Below are positions 1-12,810 of a stretch of DNA of 35,443 nt, one piece after another; the stretch's first letter is position 1; every line of letters starts with the position of its first letter. Origin of the DNA: Eledone cirrhosa (taxonomy: Eukaryota); assembly GCA_964016885.1 (NCBI GenBank), contig CAXHJY010001281.1, forward strand, positions 1 to 35,443, written 5' to 3'. A model generated the notes under the pieces. The model ran no database searches and was not told the origin of the DNA. It worked only from the letters and a program-made list of their open reading frames with translations. The position numbers and the translations under genes were made by a program.

Positions 1-1802
1 AGAAAGAGATAGTTTTTATAACTGAGAAAAAGATATAATGTTTTAATATAGAGAGGTTGGGAACCGTTGGAAGATAATGTATAAATTAAAGGAATTTGAA
101 AATTAACGAAGGGAAATTATGTATGGAGATAGAGAGAAAAAAATAACGAAGGGAGATTATGTATGGAGATAGAGAGAAAAAAAATAATAATTGTGGGTGA
201 ATATTCAAAAGGAGAAATGTAGGAATTTTAAAATTAGCAAAGAGAAAAAGTTTATGTATAGGATTTGAGAAAAATAATGTGAAGTTAAAGTTTTTATATT
301 GAATTCATATGTATTAATAATGAGTTCGTTGATGGGGAGAAAAAAATAATAATAAATTAAGGATGAAATTGAGATTAAAAAGATTTATGATAGAGAGAAA
401 AAATAATAATGATTGCGGATGAATACTCAAAATGTCAAAAACAAATGTTATTGTTTTACGAGGAGATATAATGAGGGTGATGAGTAAACGGGTATTATAG
501 AGTGTATAATGCCCTTTAAAGTAAGGTAGATGGGTATATTTTAAAGAATATATGAGTATATATTAAAAAAAATATATAATAATAAATTAAGGATGAAATT
601 GAGATTAAAAAGATTTATGATAGAGGGAAAAAAAATAATAATGATTGCGGATGAATATTCAAAATGTCAAAAACAAATGTTATTGTTTTACGAGAAGATA
701 GGATGAGGTAAATGAGTAAACGAGTACTATAGAGTGTATAATGCCCTTTAAAGTAAGGTAGATGGGTATATTTTAAAGAGGTGTATGTATATGTGCCTTT
801 GAGAAAAGATTCTAAATTGATAAAGAATTGAATATTAACTGTATACTTTGTGAAAAGTTCTATGGAATTTATGCAGGCAGATGGAAAACAAATCCGAGCG
901 TCTATTTGTTTTCCATCTGCCTGCATAAATTCCATAGAACTTTTCACAAAGTATACAGTTAATATTCAATTCTTTATCAATTTAGAATCTTTTCTCAAAG
1001 GCACATATACATACACCTCTTTAAAATATACCCATCTACCTTACTTTAAAGGGCATTATACACTCTATAGTACTCGTTTACTCATTTACCTCATCCTATC
1101 TTCTCGTAAAACAATAACATTTGTTTTTGACATTTTGAATATTCATCCGCAATCATTATTATTTTTTTTTTTTTCCCTCTATCATAAATCTTTTTAATCT
1201 CAATTTCATCCTTAATTTATTATTATATATTTTTTTTAATATATACTCATATATTCTTTAAAATATACCCATCTACCTTACTTTAAAGGGCATTATACAC
1301 TCTATAATACCCGTTTACTCATCACCCTCATTATATCTCCTCGTAAAACAATAACATTTGTTTTTGACATTTTGAGTATTCATCCGCAATCATTATTATT
1401 TTTTCTCTCTATCATAAATCTTTTTAATCTCAATTTCATCCTTAATTTATTATTATTTTTTTCTCCCCATCAACGAACTCATTATTAATACATATGAATT
1501 CAATATAAAAACTTTAACTTCACATTATTTTTCTCAAATCCTATACATAAACTTTTTCTCTTTGCTAATTTTAAAATTCCTACATTTCTCCTTTTGAATA
1601 TTCACCCACAATTATTATTTTTTTTTCTCTCTATCTCCATACATAATCTCCCTTCGTTATTTTTTTCTCTCTATCTCCATACATAATTTCCCTTCGTTAA
1701 TTTTCAAATTCCTTTAATTTATACATTATCTTCCAACGGTTCCCAACCTCTCTATATTAAAACATTATATCTTTTTCTCAGTTATAAAAACTATCTCTTT
1801 CT
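1..1802. repeat. Giant near-perfect palindrome: arms 1-893 and 904-1802, 10-nt spacer CCGAGCGTCT; left arm runs off the window
   Basis: 904-1802 reads as the reverse complement of 1-893; the differences I noticed are homopolymer lengths (e.g. A8 vs T13). Mirrored ORFs 615..947(-) and 850..1197(+) are a by-product. Confidence 0.95.
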
Positions 1803-2137
1803 CTCTATCACCCATCTCTCCCTTTCCACCTTCACTCTCATCTCCTCCCCTTTTTTTCATCCTTTCCACCCCCACCCCTCCCTAAATATAATATATTTTT
1901 TCCTCGCACATATCCTCCCTTCGTTAATTTTCAAAATTTTTAATTTATACAGTATCTTCCAACGGTTTTCAACCCCTCTATATAAAATATATCTCCTCTC
2001 TGTTATAAAAACTATCTCTTTCTCTCTATCACCCATCTCTCCCTCTCATCTCCTTCCCTTTTCATCCTTTTCTCTCCCCCCCTCTCTAAATAAAATATTT
2101 TTCCCAATATCACACATCAATCTAAAACCACTTTTCA

Positions 2138-2390
2138 TATGTTGATTTAAAACTGCACTATCAACAAGTGTTTTTTTAGCCTTCATATCATGTTCTCCTG
2201 TTTTATCTGATGAAAACACAAATATTATTGTTTGATGATGTTTGTTTTTGAAATGCGCATAATAAAATATATTGAACTCCTTTAACCATCTTTTGATCTT
2301 ATATTATGCATACTCCAGTCCCACAAACTGTAGAGTGCTTCTTATCCGATATCTGCATTGCTTTATTGTACTACAATAAAACTCACCTCC
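2138..2390 (+). mobile_element. Family A non-coding HHR element (pLTR-like unit, about 250 bp), copy 1
   Basis: Nearly identical sequence recurs at 9057-9308(-), 9309-9477(+), 20499-20600(-) and 20601-20769(+). It starts TGTTGATTTAAAAC and ends AATAAAACTCACCTCC joined to (TA)n. Confidence 0.9.
2199..2269 (+). ncRNA. Type I hammerhead ribozyme (family A)
   Basis: Stem I TGTTTTAT/ATAAAATA; core CTGATGA 2207-2213; about 15-bp stem II with G-U pairs; GAAA 2250-2253; short stem III with palindromic TGCGCA; AUA cleavage triplet. Confidence 0.85.
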
Positions 2391-4324
<1,934 letters not shown>

Positions 4325-4550
4325 TTCCTTCTCTCTTTCTACCTATATACCTTTTTATCCCACTGCAATTCAGTTTATATATATTCACGTCTGTCACTAT
4401 ATATATATCTCCTTCTGTTTGTGTTTCTGTCTGCTTCGTTTCTTCTGGCCCTGGCCTGGTATTTTTACTGTTTAATCTCAGTCTAAGTCCTTCGCTTCCT
4501 TTTGTATTCTCTATGTTCTCTGTGTATTTTATTCCTTCCTAACTTCACCA

Positions 4551-5002
4551 TCTATATATATAAAACTGAGGATATCTGTCTGTGTGTGAGTTTGAATCCC
4601 TAAAACTAGAGAAGCACCAAACCGACTGTTTTCAAACTTCACACATGTAACACTTATGTTTCAGGGAGTGTTCTGAGCAAAAAAACATTTATAATTTTCA
4701 ATGCCCTAGGGACCGCATTAGGCGATTTAGCGATATCTCTCTATAATTCTTAGTCTTTCTCTTTTTAGATAGATACATAGATATAACGTCGCGCCCTTAT
4801 AATATCTGTCTGTATGTCTGGCTGTCTGCTGCCTCCGGTTAATGACCACCCTTGCTCAAGACAAATCTCACACTCATTCTCCAAACAGACCACCAGACCC
4901 TTACTTCTTTGCCAGCCGTGGTTGTGGCAATAATAAGCTTAGCTAAGGTGGTTATATATTTCACAATACCTTATCCCGTGCAACGCCGGGTACCACTGCT
5001 AG
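4551..5002 (+). mobile_element. Non-autonomous Helitron
   Basis: 5' TCTATATATATAAAACT; subterminal GC hairpin CCCGTGCAACGCCGGG (4975-4990); 3' CTAG (4999-5002); inserted between A4550 and T5003 with no TSD. Confidence 0.85.
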
Positions 5003-5445
5003 TCTCTAATATATCTCATTGTAGCACTCTACCCTTCCTCTATCTTTACATCTCTTGCTTTTCTTTGCTGATATTTGTTTATATTAATATTTCTTAATAT
5101 GCTTATTCTTTCACTTGCCAAATGTCATTTAGGTAGAGTCCTAATAGGTACATACATAGGTACATAATAGGTACAGTCCTACAAACATACTCAGCATTAC
5201 AAGTATTCAGGTCAGGTCTCCAGATTGAGGATCGAGTCTTAAGGTGTCCTTGGCTCTGGAGCCACCTCCTTACTCACCACTAGCGCATCTCTCTCACCAT
5301 CCTCAGGGGAAACACCTTTTCTATTCTGTCCGCCGGGGTCACGGGGTGGTCAGCGCGTGGGCCCCCATTTGTTCATAATAGTAAGAGATGGGGAGTGCAG
5401 AAGGTCTCCAGATTAAGGATAACTTGCTTACGTCCGTCCTGCACT

Positions 5446-5586
5446 AATTCGGAGAAGTAGTAGCTCTGCCTGGAGTGACTCTCTCATCTCCGAGCTACGA
5501 ACTCTATCGAGTAACGTTACTCCAAAGACCCTTCGGAGGAACCCCATTTCGGCCGCTTGTATTCGCAATCGTATTCTTTCGGTTAC
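5446..5586 (-). pseudogene. RTE-clade (Expander/Rex3-like) LINE ORF fragment
   Basis: Minus strand translates VTERIRLRIQAAEMGFLRRVFGVTLLDRVRSSEMRESLQAELLLLRI, the typical post-RT RTE segment. Confidence 0.75.
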
Positions 5587-6109
5587 TCTTTTAACTTTTT
5601 CTTGGTTAAAATATTAATGGAAATTTCCATCTATATTTTACAAGTCGAGTGACCACGCAGAAGTTTCATCATTAGCTGGTCTGTGAGTTAAGGAATGGAA
5701 AGAACGAATTCCTAAACTATTGGATTAATGGAATATTTTGTAGCTTTGAATAATATATTAACACCTACTTAAGCACGAAATATTTGAAAAACCCCAACGG
5801 CTATGTTCCATTAGTTTACAGTGCACTTCACTTTATTAGAATATACTATGATACTGCACAAATGTTAGCAATTTTGAAGTATACAATGCTACATATTATA
5901 CGTTAGGCTGCACCATTCAAGTTCCTATTGCACTAAACCTCTAAATTGGGGAGTCAGTGAAGGAGACTTAAAGAAGTCGTTTGACCTGCTAGAAATACTA
6001 ATACATTCTCCCTCAGATCCCACCTTAGACTAGTGGTAAGAAACTCTCAGGAGAGCTGGACAGCAAAAGGCCTTCAGAGAAGATTATTATTACTATTATT
6101 ATCATCTTC

Positions 6110-6375
6110 ATTGTTTATATGTCTGCTTTCCACCTTGGCATGGGTCTAACGAGTTTTCGTGGTCCGAGACCAGACGGGATCAGGGTGACCTGATCTCGTT
6201 CATACACTCTATATTTGACATAATGCCCTTCCTAACACTAACCACCTTACAGGGTATACTAGGCGCATTTTATCGTGGCACTATATAGAGTGAACTGAGT
6301 GAGTTTTATCGTGGCACCAGCACTACCACTTTATAGAGTGAACTGGGTCAGTTTTATCGTGGCATTAGCACTACA
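6110..6375 (-). mobile_element. Degenerate SINE-like interspersed repeat with three internal TTTTATCGTGGCA copies
   Basis: ATGCCCTTCCTAACACTAACCAC...GTGGCAC resembles common cephalopod SINE sequence from recall; the internal triplication is directly visible at 6268-6372. Confidence 0.4.
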
Positions 6376-6971
6376 AAGGTTGTCACATGCTGAAAAGACA
6401 ATTAAGGAATGTTTCAACCCTTAACTTCTTACACTCTAAGGGGACCGGGAAGCCTCCAGATCATGGCACCTGGGTGCCCTTCTACTGGTATTTAGCCCTA
6501 ACATTATTCTACAACATTCCACATCAACAACATAGACAATATAGCTTAAAAATTTACTAAACCTAAAAAAACGACGGACCTGACGTCCATAGTTTTAATG
6601 TATTTCATCATAAATCTGTTTGGCGAGATTGAATCTGAATTAAACAACAACAACAACAACAATATACTGTACATTACTACACTATATCTCTACAATAAAT
6701 ATCTTAAATATGGCGGGGGTTGACGTACTGAATGCTGCGGACATTTAAAAAAAATTTAATTGAAAATTTCCTCTTAGATGGAGAAAGAAAACAGAAACCT
6801 AGCGGCAATTCTTAGTCTCTACCAAAGTTATTTCTTAAGTACGTCATTATTATTCTCTCCCAATTTCACCAAAAAAATACACCATTCCAAATTATTCACA
6901 CTTCGACATTTCTATTCTAAAATATTTCCAGTCTATTGAATATAATCAATTGTATAAATGACAATGAAGGC

Positions 6972-7028
6972 GAGAGAGAGGGGGGGGAGTGAGTGAGTGA
7001 GTGAGTGAGAGCGAGAGAGCGACAGAGC

Positions 7029-7116
<88 letters not shown>

Positions 7117-7147
7117 AGCGAGAGACAGCGAGAGACAGCGAGAGAGA
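6972..7147. repeat. (GA)n microsatellite
   Basis: Read directly. Confidence 0.95.
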
Positions 7148-7590
7148 AATCTAGAAAAGATTCCAATAAAAAATATATTATTTTACGTTATTTCTACAAT
7201 CGTAAGACCGAGTCTTTTTTCACAACAGAAACACATCATTAAATGAGAAGATAAGGACGAGGAGAAAGTAGAGGAGGATGAGGAGGATAGCCAATATCAT
7301 GATCATCATCGTCGTTTTAATCATCATCATCATTATATGTATGTATGTGAAGGTTTTATAGTGAGCAAAGGCACTGCACAAAGCCAGTCCCACTCTCTTA
7401 ACCAAGATGATATTTACCAAAAAGAAGAACAAGTCAACATCATTGGATACCATCAGGGTTGCAGGTGTTATATCAGAGTTTTCCTTCTCCTAGAATTCTG
7501 CCTCACGGCACAGGCATTGCTTTATATCTGGAGATCTCTCTGCACTTCTCATCACATGGTACCATAGGCCCAGCACTATGTGTCAATAAT

Positions 7591-7746
7591 TGTCACAAGT
7601 GTAGTGTTTGTACCAGAGTTTTCAAGTCGCTGGCTGGACTAAAAAGTCACACTCGTTCAGCGCATCGGTAGGGGTTCTCCTACATGGATATAAAGTAGTG
7701 GCTGTACTCGAAAACGAGTTGGCAGCCACCATGTATGTATGTATGT
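7591..7746 (+). mobile_element. 3' end of RTE-clade LINE (C2H2 finger, short 3' UTR, (ATGT)n tail)
   Basis: [25 protein letters not shown] matches the last finger of the RTE ORF at 11440-12039; UTR TACTCG..CGAG..GGCAGCCACCATGTATGT resembles the tail at 9671-9720. Confidence 0.7.
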
Positions 7747-7935
7747 CAGGTCGTCGCTCTCGAGTGCTACTGGTAACATGTAACCCAGTACAACCTGTCT
7801 CATGGTCGGGTCTTCGGCGACTAAACCGGCAACCCCACTTGCTTGGCGAGGAAGGTGATATTTGGACAACCTGCGGGCTGAAATACAAGACCAAGCAAAG
7901 GGCAAAGGAACTTAGCAGAGTCAACGGCCATCCAA
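7747..7935 (+). mobile_element. Possible RTE 5' UTR / ORF start directly following the RTE tail
   Basis: GC-rich, hairpin-rich segment followed by the basic peptide TCGLKYKTKQRAKEL; assignment rests on resemblance only. Confidence 0.3.
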
Positions 7936-8158
7936 ATAGTACTTTTTTTTATACCTGGTAGTGAAAGGCCCCCAGTTGTTGCAGTACTCTTAGCAGAGTT
8001 TGCCGCCATCATGTATGTATCTATGGTTCCGTAACTCCTGATAGAGTTGAAGGCGCGCCGTATTGACATATGGCCTTTCTTGGATTTTTTAAGCCTGTCA
8101 GAGCCCATTCCTCTCCAGGCCTGAGAGTTCAACAGATTTCTTCCAGAGAAAGATAGAA

Positions 8159-8161
<3 letters not shown>

Positions 8162-8238
<77 letters not shown>
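8162..8238. repeat. (GA)n microsatellite
   Basis: Read directly. Confidence 0.95.
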
Positions 8239-8240
<2 letters not shown>

Positions 8241-8241
<1 letters not shown>

Positions 8242-8394
8242 GAATCGACCCCAGTACTAGACTGGTACATATTCTATCGACCTCGAAAGGATGAAAGGCA
8301 AAGGTGACCTCGGCTGGATTTGAACTAAGAGAGCAGAGAGCAAGAATGAATACCATAAAGCATTCGTATCCAACATTCTAACGACTCGCCGCCT
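8241..8394 (-). mobile_element. tRNA-derived SINE
   Basis: Minus strand has B-box GTTCAAATCC followed by GCCGAGGTCACCTTTGCCTTTCATCCTTTCGAGGTCGATA...GTACCAGT...ACTGGGGTCGAT; homologous to 16652-16869. Confidence 0.8.
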
Positions 8395-8833
8395 TTAAGC
8401 ATCATTTATAAAACAACAACAGCAACAACAGAAGCAACAACAGCAAAATAACATTTTCATAAAAGTCGTAAATTTCTACGGAATGTCTGATGTAGTTAGA
8501 GTAAAAAAATGCCCATAACAGTGTCTTCGATTCCATTGCTCATCCTTATACGATCAGATAACCACAGATACACATACATGAAGAGACAATTACAACAGAT
8601 AGAGACACTTAGAATCTCACAAGTATATTATTTATATATGTTTCAAAGTATTCCATGAAATAATTTCAATAATACGATAAAGATATCTAGAAAGTAAACA
8701 TACATTCTATGTAAGTAAATATGAATTGTTTGTATAAAGGTATCTATATATGTACACTTAGATCATGCTCCCACACACACACACACACACACACACCTAT
8801 ATATATATATATATATACAAACAGGTTTTATAT

Positions 8834-8886
<53 letters not shown>

Positions 8887-8895
8887 AACAGGTTT

Positions 8896-8983
<88 letters not shown>

Positions 8984-8999
8984 AACAGGTTTTATATAT

Positions 9000-9056
<57 letters not shown>

Positions 9057-9177
9057 GGAGGTGAGTTTTATTGTAGTACAATAAAGCAATGCAGATATCG
9101 GATAAGAAGCACTCTACAGTTTGTAGGACTGGAGTATACATAATATAAGATCAAAAGATGGTTAAAGGAGTTCCATG

Positions 9178-9248
9178 TATTTTATTATGCGCATTTCAAA
9201 AACAAACATCATCATGCAATAATATTTGTGTTTTCATCAGATAAAACA
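9178..9248 (-). ncRNA. Type I hammerhead ribozyme (family A)
   Basis: Reverse complement of the 9369-9439 motif; CTGATGA and GAAATGCGCATA intact. Confidence 0.85.
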
Positions 9249-9368
9249 GGAGAACATGATATGAAGGCTAAAAAACACTTGTGGATAGTGCAGTTTTAAA
9301 TCAACATATATGTTGATTTAAAACTGCACTATCCACAAGTGTTTTTTACCCTTCATATCATGTTCTCC

Positions 9369-9439
9369 TGTTTTATCTGATGAAAACACAAATATTATTG
9401 CATGATGATGTTTGTTTTTGAAATGCGCATAATAAAATA
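9369..9439 (+). ncRNA. Type I hammerhead ribozyme (family A)
   Basis: TGTTTTAT-CTGATGA-stem II-GAAA-TGCGCA-TA-ATAAAATA. Confidence 0.85.
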
Positions 9440-9469
9440 CATGGAACTCCTTTAACGATCTTTTGATCT

Positions 9470-9516
<47 letters not shown>

Positions 9517-9525
9517 AACAGGTTT

Positions 9526-9589
<64 letters not shown>

Positions 9590-9598
9590 AACAGGTTT

Positions 9599-9642
<44 letters not shown>

Positions 9643-9670
9643 AACAGGTTTTATATATACATATATATAT

Positions 9671-9720
9671 ATGATGATGATGGCTGCCCCCTCGTTATCG
9701 AGTATGGCCATTGCACGAGG
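9671..9720 (-). mobile_element. RTE 3' tail ending in (CAT)n, probably belonging to the RTE at 11440-12054
   Basis: Minus strand TGGCCATACTCGATAACGAGGGGGCAGCCATCATCATCAT resembles the RTE UTR at 7699-7740; same strand as, and downstream of, the RTE ORF. Confidence 0.6.
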
Positions 9721-9738
9721 AGAAAAAAAAAAAGAAAA

Positions 9739-9779
<41 letters not shown>

Positions 9780-9780
<1 letters not shown>

Positions 9781-10979
9781 CGCTTGCCATACCAGTAGTA
9801 ACCTACAGTTACAATGTCATCAACTGGTCAAGCACAGAGATCCGTAGGCTCGATACAAAAATCCGAAAATTCTTAACCATGCACAGAATGCATCACCCTA
9901 AGGCAGACATAGATAGAATATATCTCCCTAGGAAAGAAGGAGGACGTGGGTTAATCCAGTTAGACATTGCGTTGAAAACTGCAACAATTGGATTATCCAC
10001 ATATCTAAGGGAATCACATGATTGGATGATCAAACTCGTTTTGAAACACGAAAGCACCAAAAGATCATATTCCATTACAAAAGATGCACAAAGATACAGT
10101 AATGGAGTACAAATTTCAGAAGTCCCATTTACTGCTGAAACGGAAAACACAGAAAAAGCAAAGCAGGTAAAAGTAACTGCAAAGAAAGAACTGCTACAGA
10201 AACTGGCTAAGAAATGGCAAGAAAGGCCTCTGTATGGAAAATACCCAGAACGAGCTAACAATCCTGATGTTGACAAAACTTTAACCCATCAGTGGTTGGC
10301 ATCCTCTGGACTGAAATCGGAGACTGAAGGACTGATTATATCGGCACAAGATCAGTGTCTGCCAACAAAAAATTACCAAGCCAACATAATAAAAAATGGG
10401 TGCAGCCCATTATGCCGTGTATGCAAAAAACAACCAGAGACCATTGACCATATAATTTCAATGTGCAGTCCTATAGCTCCAACCGAATACCTAAACAGGC
10501 ATGACAGAGCTGCACAATACATACATTGGATAATGTGTAAGCATTTTGACCTGCCCCATCAAAAGAATTGGTGGGAGCATCAACCACCTCCCATACTTGA
10601 AAAAGATCACATCTCAATCTTGTGGAACTTTAGCATCCAAACAGACCGAAAAATAGATGCAAATAGACCTGATATAATATTGAAGGACTTTCAAAGGAGG
10701 GTATGCCTGCTAATTGATATGTCTGTTCCAATAGACAAGAATGTATCTATAAAAACATTTGAAAAATTGAGCAAGTATAAGGACCTGGAGATAGAAATTG
10801 GAAAAATGTGGAAATTGAGAACTAAAACAATACCAGTGGTTGTAGGCGCTCTGGGAATGATACCTAAGGGGTCTAATGATTACATATCGCAAATCCCAGG
10901 AAACCCGCGTATAGAAGAAATACAAAAGATAGTACTAATGGGAACTGCCCATATACTAAGGAAGATTCTGTCAATATAA
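9780..10979 (+). CDS. R4/Dong ORF C-terminal part: RT thumb, CCHC zinc knuckle, restriction-like endonuclease (5'-truncated)
   Basis: Frame is open from [10 protein letters not shown]; [47 protein letters not shown] motifs. Confidence 0.88.
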
Positions 10980-11123
10980 GTACATCACAAGTCTAAACAC
11001 TAAAGATGCATGTGTGAATATGTATGTTCTTTCTTGAACATGACGGACCTTGTTGTCTCTTGAGGTCACTGGTTGTGACTTGGTGATAATTCGTATGAAC
11101 ATAAAGCAAGATAAATGCAACTG
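9780..11123 (+). mobile_element. 5'-truncated R4/Dong-clade non-LTR retrotransposon in (TAA)n
   Basis: (TAA)n on both flanks (9741-9779 and from 11124); Dong elements are known to target TAA repeats. Confidence 0.88.
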
Positions 11124-11182
11124 TAATAATAATAATGATAATAATAATAAAAAAAAATAATAAATAAATAAAATTAAAAAAA

Positions 11183-11258
<76 letters not shown>

Positions 11259-11387
11259 ATATACACACACATACATTAATAACAATAATAATAATAATAA
11301 TAATAATAAATACAATAATAATAACGACAACAACAATAATAATATACATATACATATATATATAGACACACACGCACACACATAAGC

Positions 11388-11432
<45 letters not shown>
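11124..11432. repeat. Compound (TAA)n/(TA)n/(CA)n microsatellites
   Basis: Read directly. Confidence 0.9.
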
Positions 11433-11433
<1 letters not shown>

Positions 11434-11439
11434 TAGCAA

Positions 11440-12052
11440 CTAACAGCGCTGCGATCGAATGTGGCTTTTTAGCCCAGCCAATGATCTAAAATGTCTTGCA
11501 CAGAGTCGGCAACCAAAACATTCACTGGGAATAGCCAGCTGTGGTTGGAGTCCATGTACTTTTGCATGTCGCTTGAGGCCTCCTGCTGATTTACATTCTC
11601 TACCACATGTTTGGCAAGCATGATGAGTAGCATCTCCAACAGCAGCCTGGTAGTCAACCACTAGTCTTACTTTATGACTGCGAAGATGACTTTCGAGTCC
11701 AGCTTTGCTTAGGCAGAGTCTCGCACAGACGCTGCATGTCAGCACCATAGGAGGACCCTCGCCGTCTGGAAGTGCAACAGCAATGCCCTTCCTCACATCC
11801 CGCTTTACTTTCTCGTATGCGATTCGAGATGCCTCAAAGGCAACTTTTCCTTCATATACAGTCTTTCTCCATTTATTACGATCAGCAGCAATATTTTCCC
11901 ATGTATCAGCAGAGATGTTAGCGTGTTTTAGAGAGGCTTTCAAGGAATCCTTATACCTCTTTTTTGGTTTATGTGGCGGTCGTTTTCCTTTAACCAACTC
12001 TCCATAGAAGAGTTGTTTTGGTATTCTAGAATCCTTCATCCTGGCAAGGTGA

Positions 12053-12054
<2 letters not shown>
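11440..12054 (-). CDS. RTE-clade (BovB-like) LINE ORF C-terminus with three C2H2-type fingers, 5'-truncated
   Basis: [38 protein letters not shown]...AADRNKWR is the canonical RTE C-terminal signature, followed by three CxxC...H modules. Confidence 0.85.
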
Positions 12055-12097
<43 letters not shown>

Positions 12098-12180
12098 AAC
12101 AGGTTTTATATATACATATATATATATATACACAAACAGGTTTTATATATACATATATATATATATACACAAACAGGTTT

Positions 12181-12230
<50 letters not shown>

Positions 12231-12323
12231 CATATGTATATATATATATATGTAATATGTGTATATATATACATATGTATATATATATATATATACATAT
12301 GTATATATATATATATATATATA
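12055..12323. repeat. (TA)n array with the same ACAAACAGGTTTT unit as 8798-9670
   Basis: Unit seen three times in 12095-12182. Confidence 0.9.
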
Positions 12324-12366
12324 TACGATATTAAACAAATGGAAACTATATTTATAAAACCATATT

Positions 12367-12432
12367 TATTTCGTTATATATATTTCTGGGATATCATATT
12401 AAAAATATGGTATGCCTTCCTCAGACAAAATA
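12367..12432 (-). ncRNA. Type I hammerhead ribozyme (family B)
   Basis: Mirror copy of 12570-12635. Confidence 0.75.
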
Positions 12433-12569
12433 CAATACATAAACTGTTTTATAAATAATTTTGACATACCTTATAATAAAAGCAACTTCCATTTAAAAAG
12501 TTGATTTAAATGGAAGTTGCTTTTATTATAAGGTATGTCAAAATTATTTATAAAACAGTTTATGTATTG

Positions 12570-12635
12570 TATTTTGTCTGAGGAAGGCATACCATATTTT
12601 TAATATGATATCCCAGAAATATATATAACGAAATA
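12570..12635 (+). ncRNA. Type I hammerhead ribozyme (family B)
   Basis: Stem I TATTTTGT/ACGAAATA; CTGAGGA 12578-12584; imperfect stem II (CATATT/AATATG core); GAAA-TATATA-TA. Confidence 0.78.
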
Positions 12636-12810
12636 AATATGGTTTTATAAATATAGTTTCCATTTGTTTAATATCGTAAACCTACTCCAGAAACTGTTGA
12701 GTGCTTTTATATCAGTTATAAAATATTTACTCGTTGTAACCCAACAATTTTAAATAAAACTTTTGTATATATATATATATATATACATATGTATATATAT
12801 ATAAATATAT

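Larger units (their letters stand above)
904..2390 (+). mobile_element. Putative long form of non-autonomous HHR element family A (pyrimidine-rich body with internal duplications plus HHR-bearing terminus)
   Basis: Internal direct repeats (about 1019-1235 vs 1256-1460 and about 1687-1900 vs 1915-2100) run without a microsatellite break into the family A terminus 2138-2390, which ends at (TA)n. That the body and terminus belong to one element is inferred. Confidence 0.45.
9057..9477. mobile_element. Family A head-to-head insertion: complete minus copy 9057-9308 and 3'-shortened plus copy 9309-9477
   Basis: Spacerless palindrome 9140-9477 centred on CAACATA|TATGTTG, with about 2 substitutions between arms; (TA)n on both sides. 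Confidence 0.92.
8798..9670. repeat. (TA)n minisatellite with unit ACAAACAGGTTTT(AT)n, interrupted by a family A palindrome
   Basis: Unit seen three times in 8817-8993 and three times in 9514-9652. Confidence 0.9.
12324..12766. mobile_element. Family B HHR element, head-to-head: shortened minus copy 12324-12497 and complete plus copy of about 12498-12766
   Basis: 174-bp inverted arms (12324-12497 / 12505-12678) with spacer AAGTTGA; (TA)n flanks; diverged homolog at 32074-32290. Confidence 0.9.

Noticed and set aside
615-1197. Twin near-identical ORFs on opposite strands
   Set aside because: By-product of the palindrome; non-ATG start and no recognisable domain.
7747-7835. HDV-like ribozyme in the putative RTE 5' UTR
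   Set aside because: Hairpins and a CTAA motif are present, but I could not build the nested double pseudoknot (P3/P1.1) by eye.
8798-9670. CRISPR-like repeat-spacer pattern (ACAAACAGGTTTT units)
   Set aside because: The intervening sequence is (TA)n rather than unique spacers, the context is eukaryotic, and there are no cas genes.
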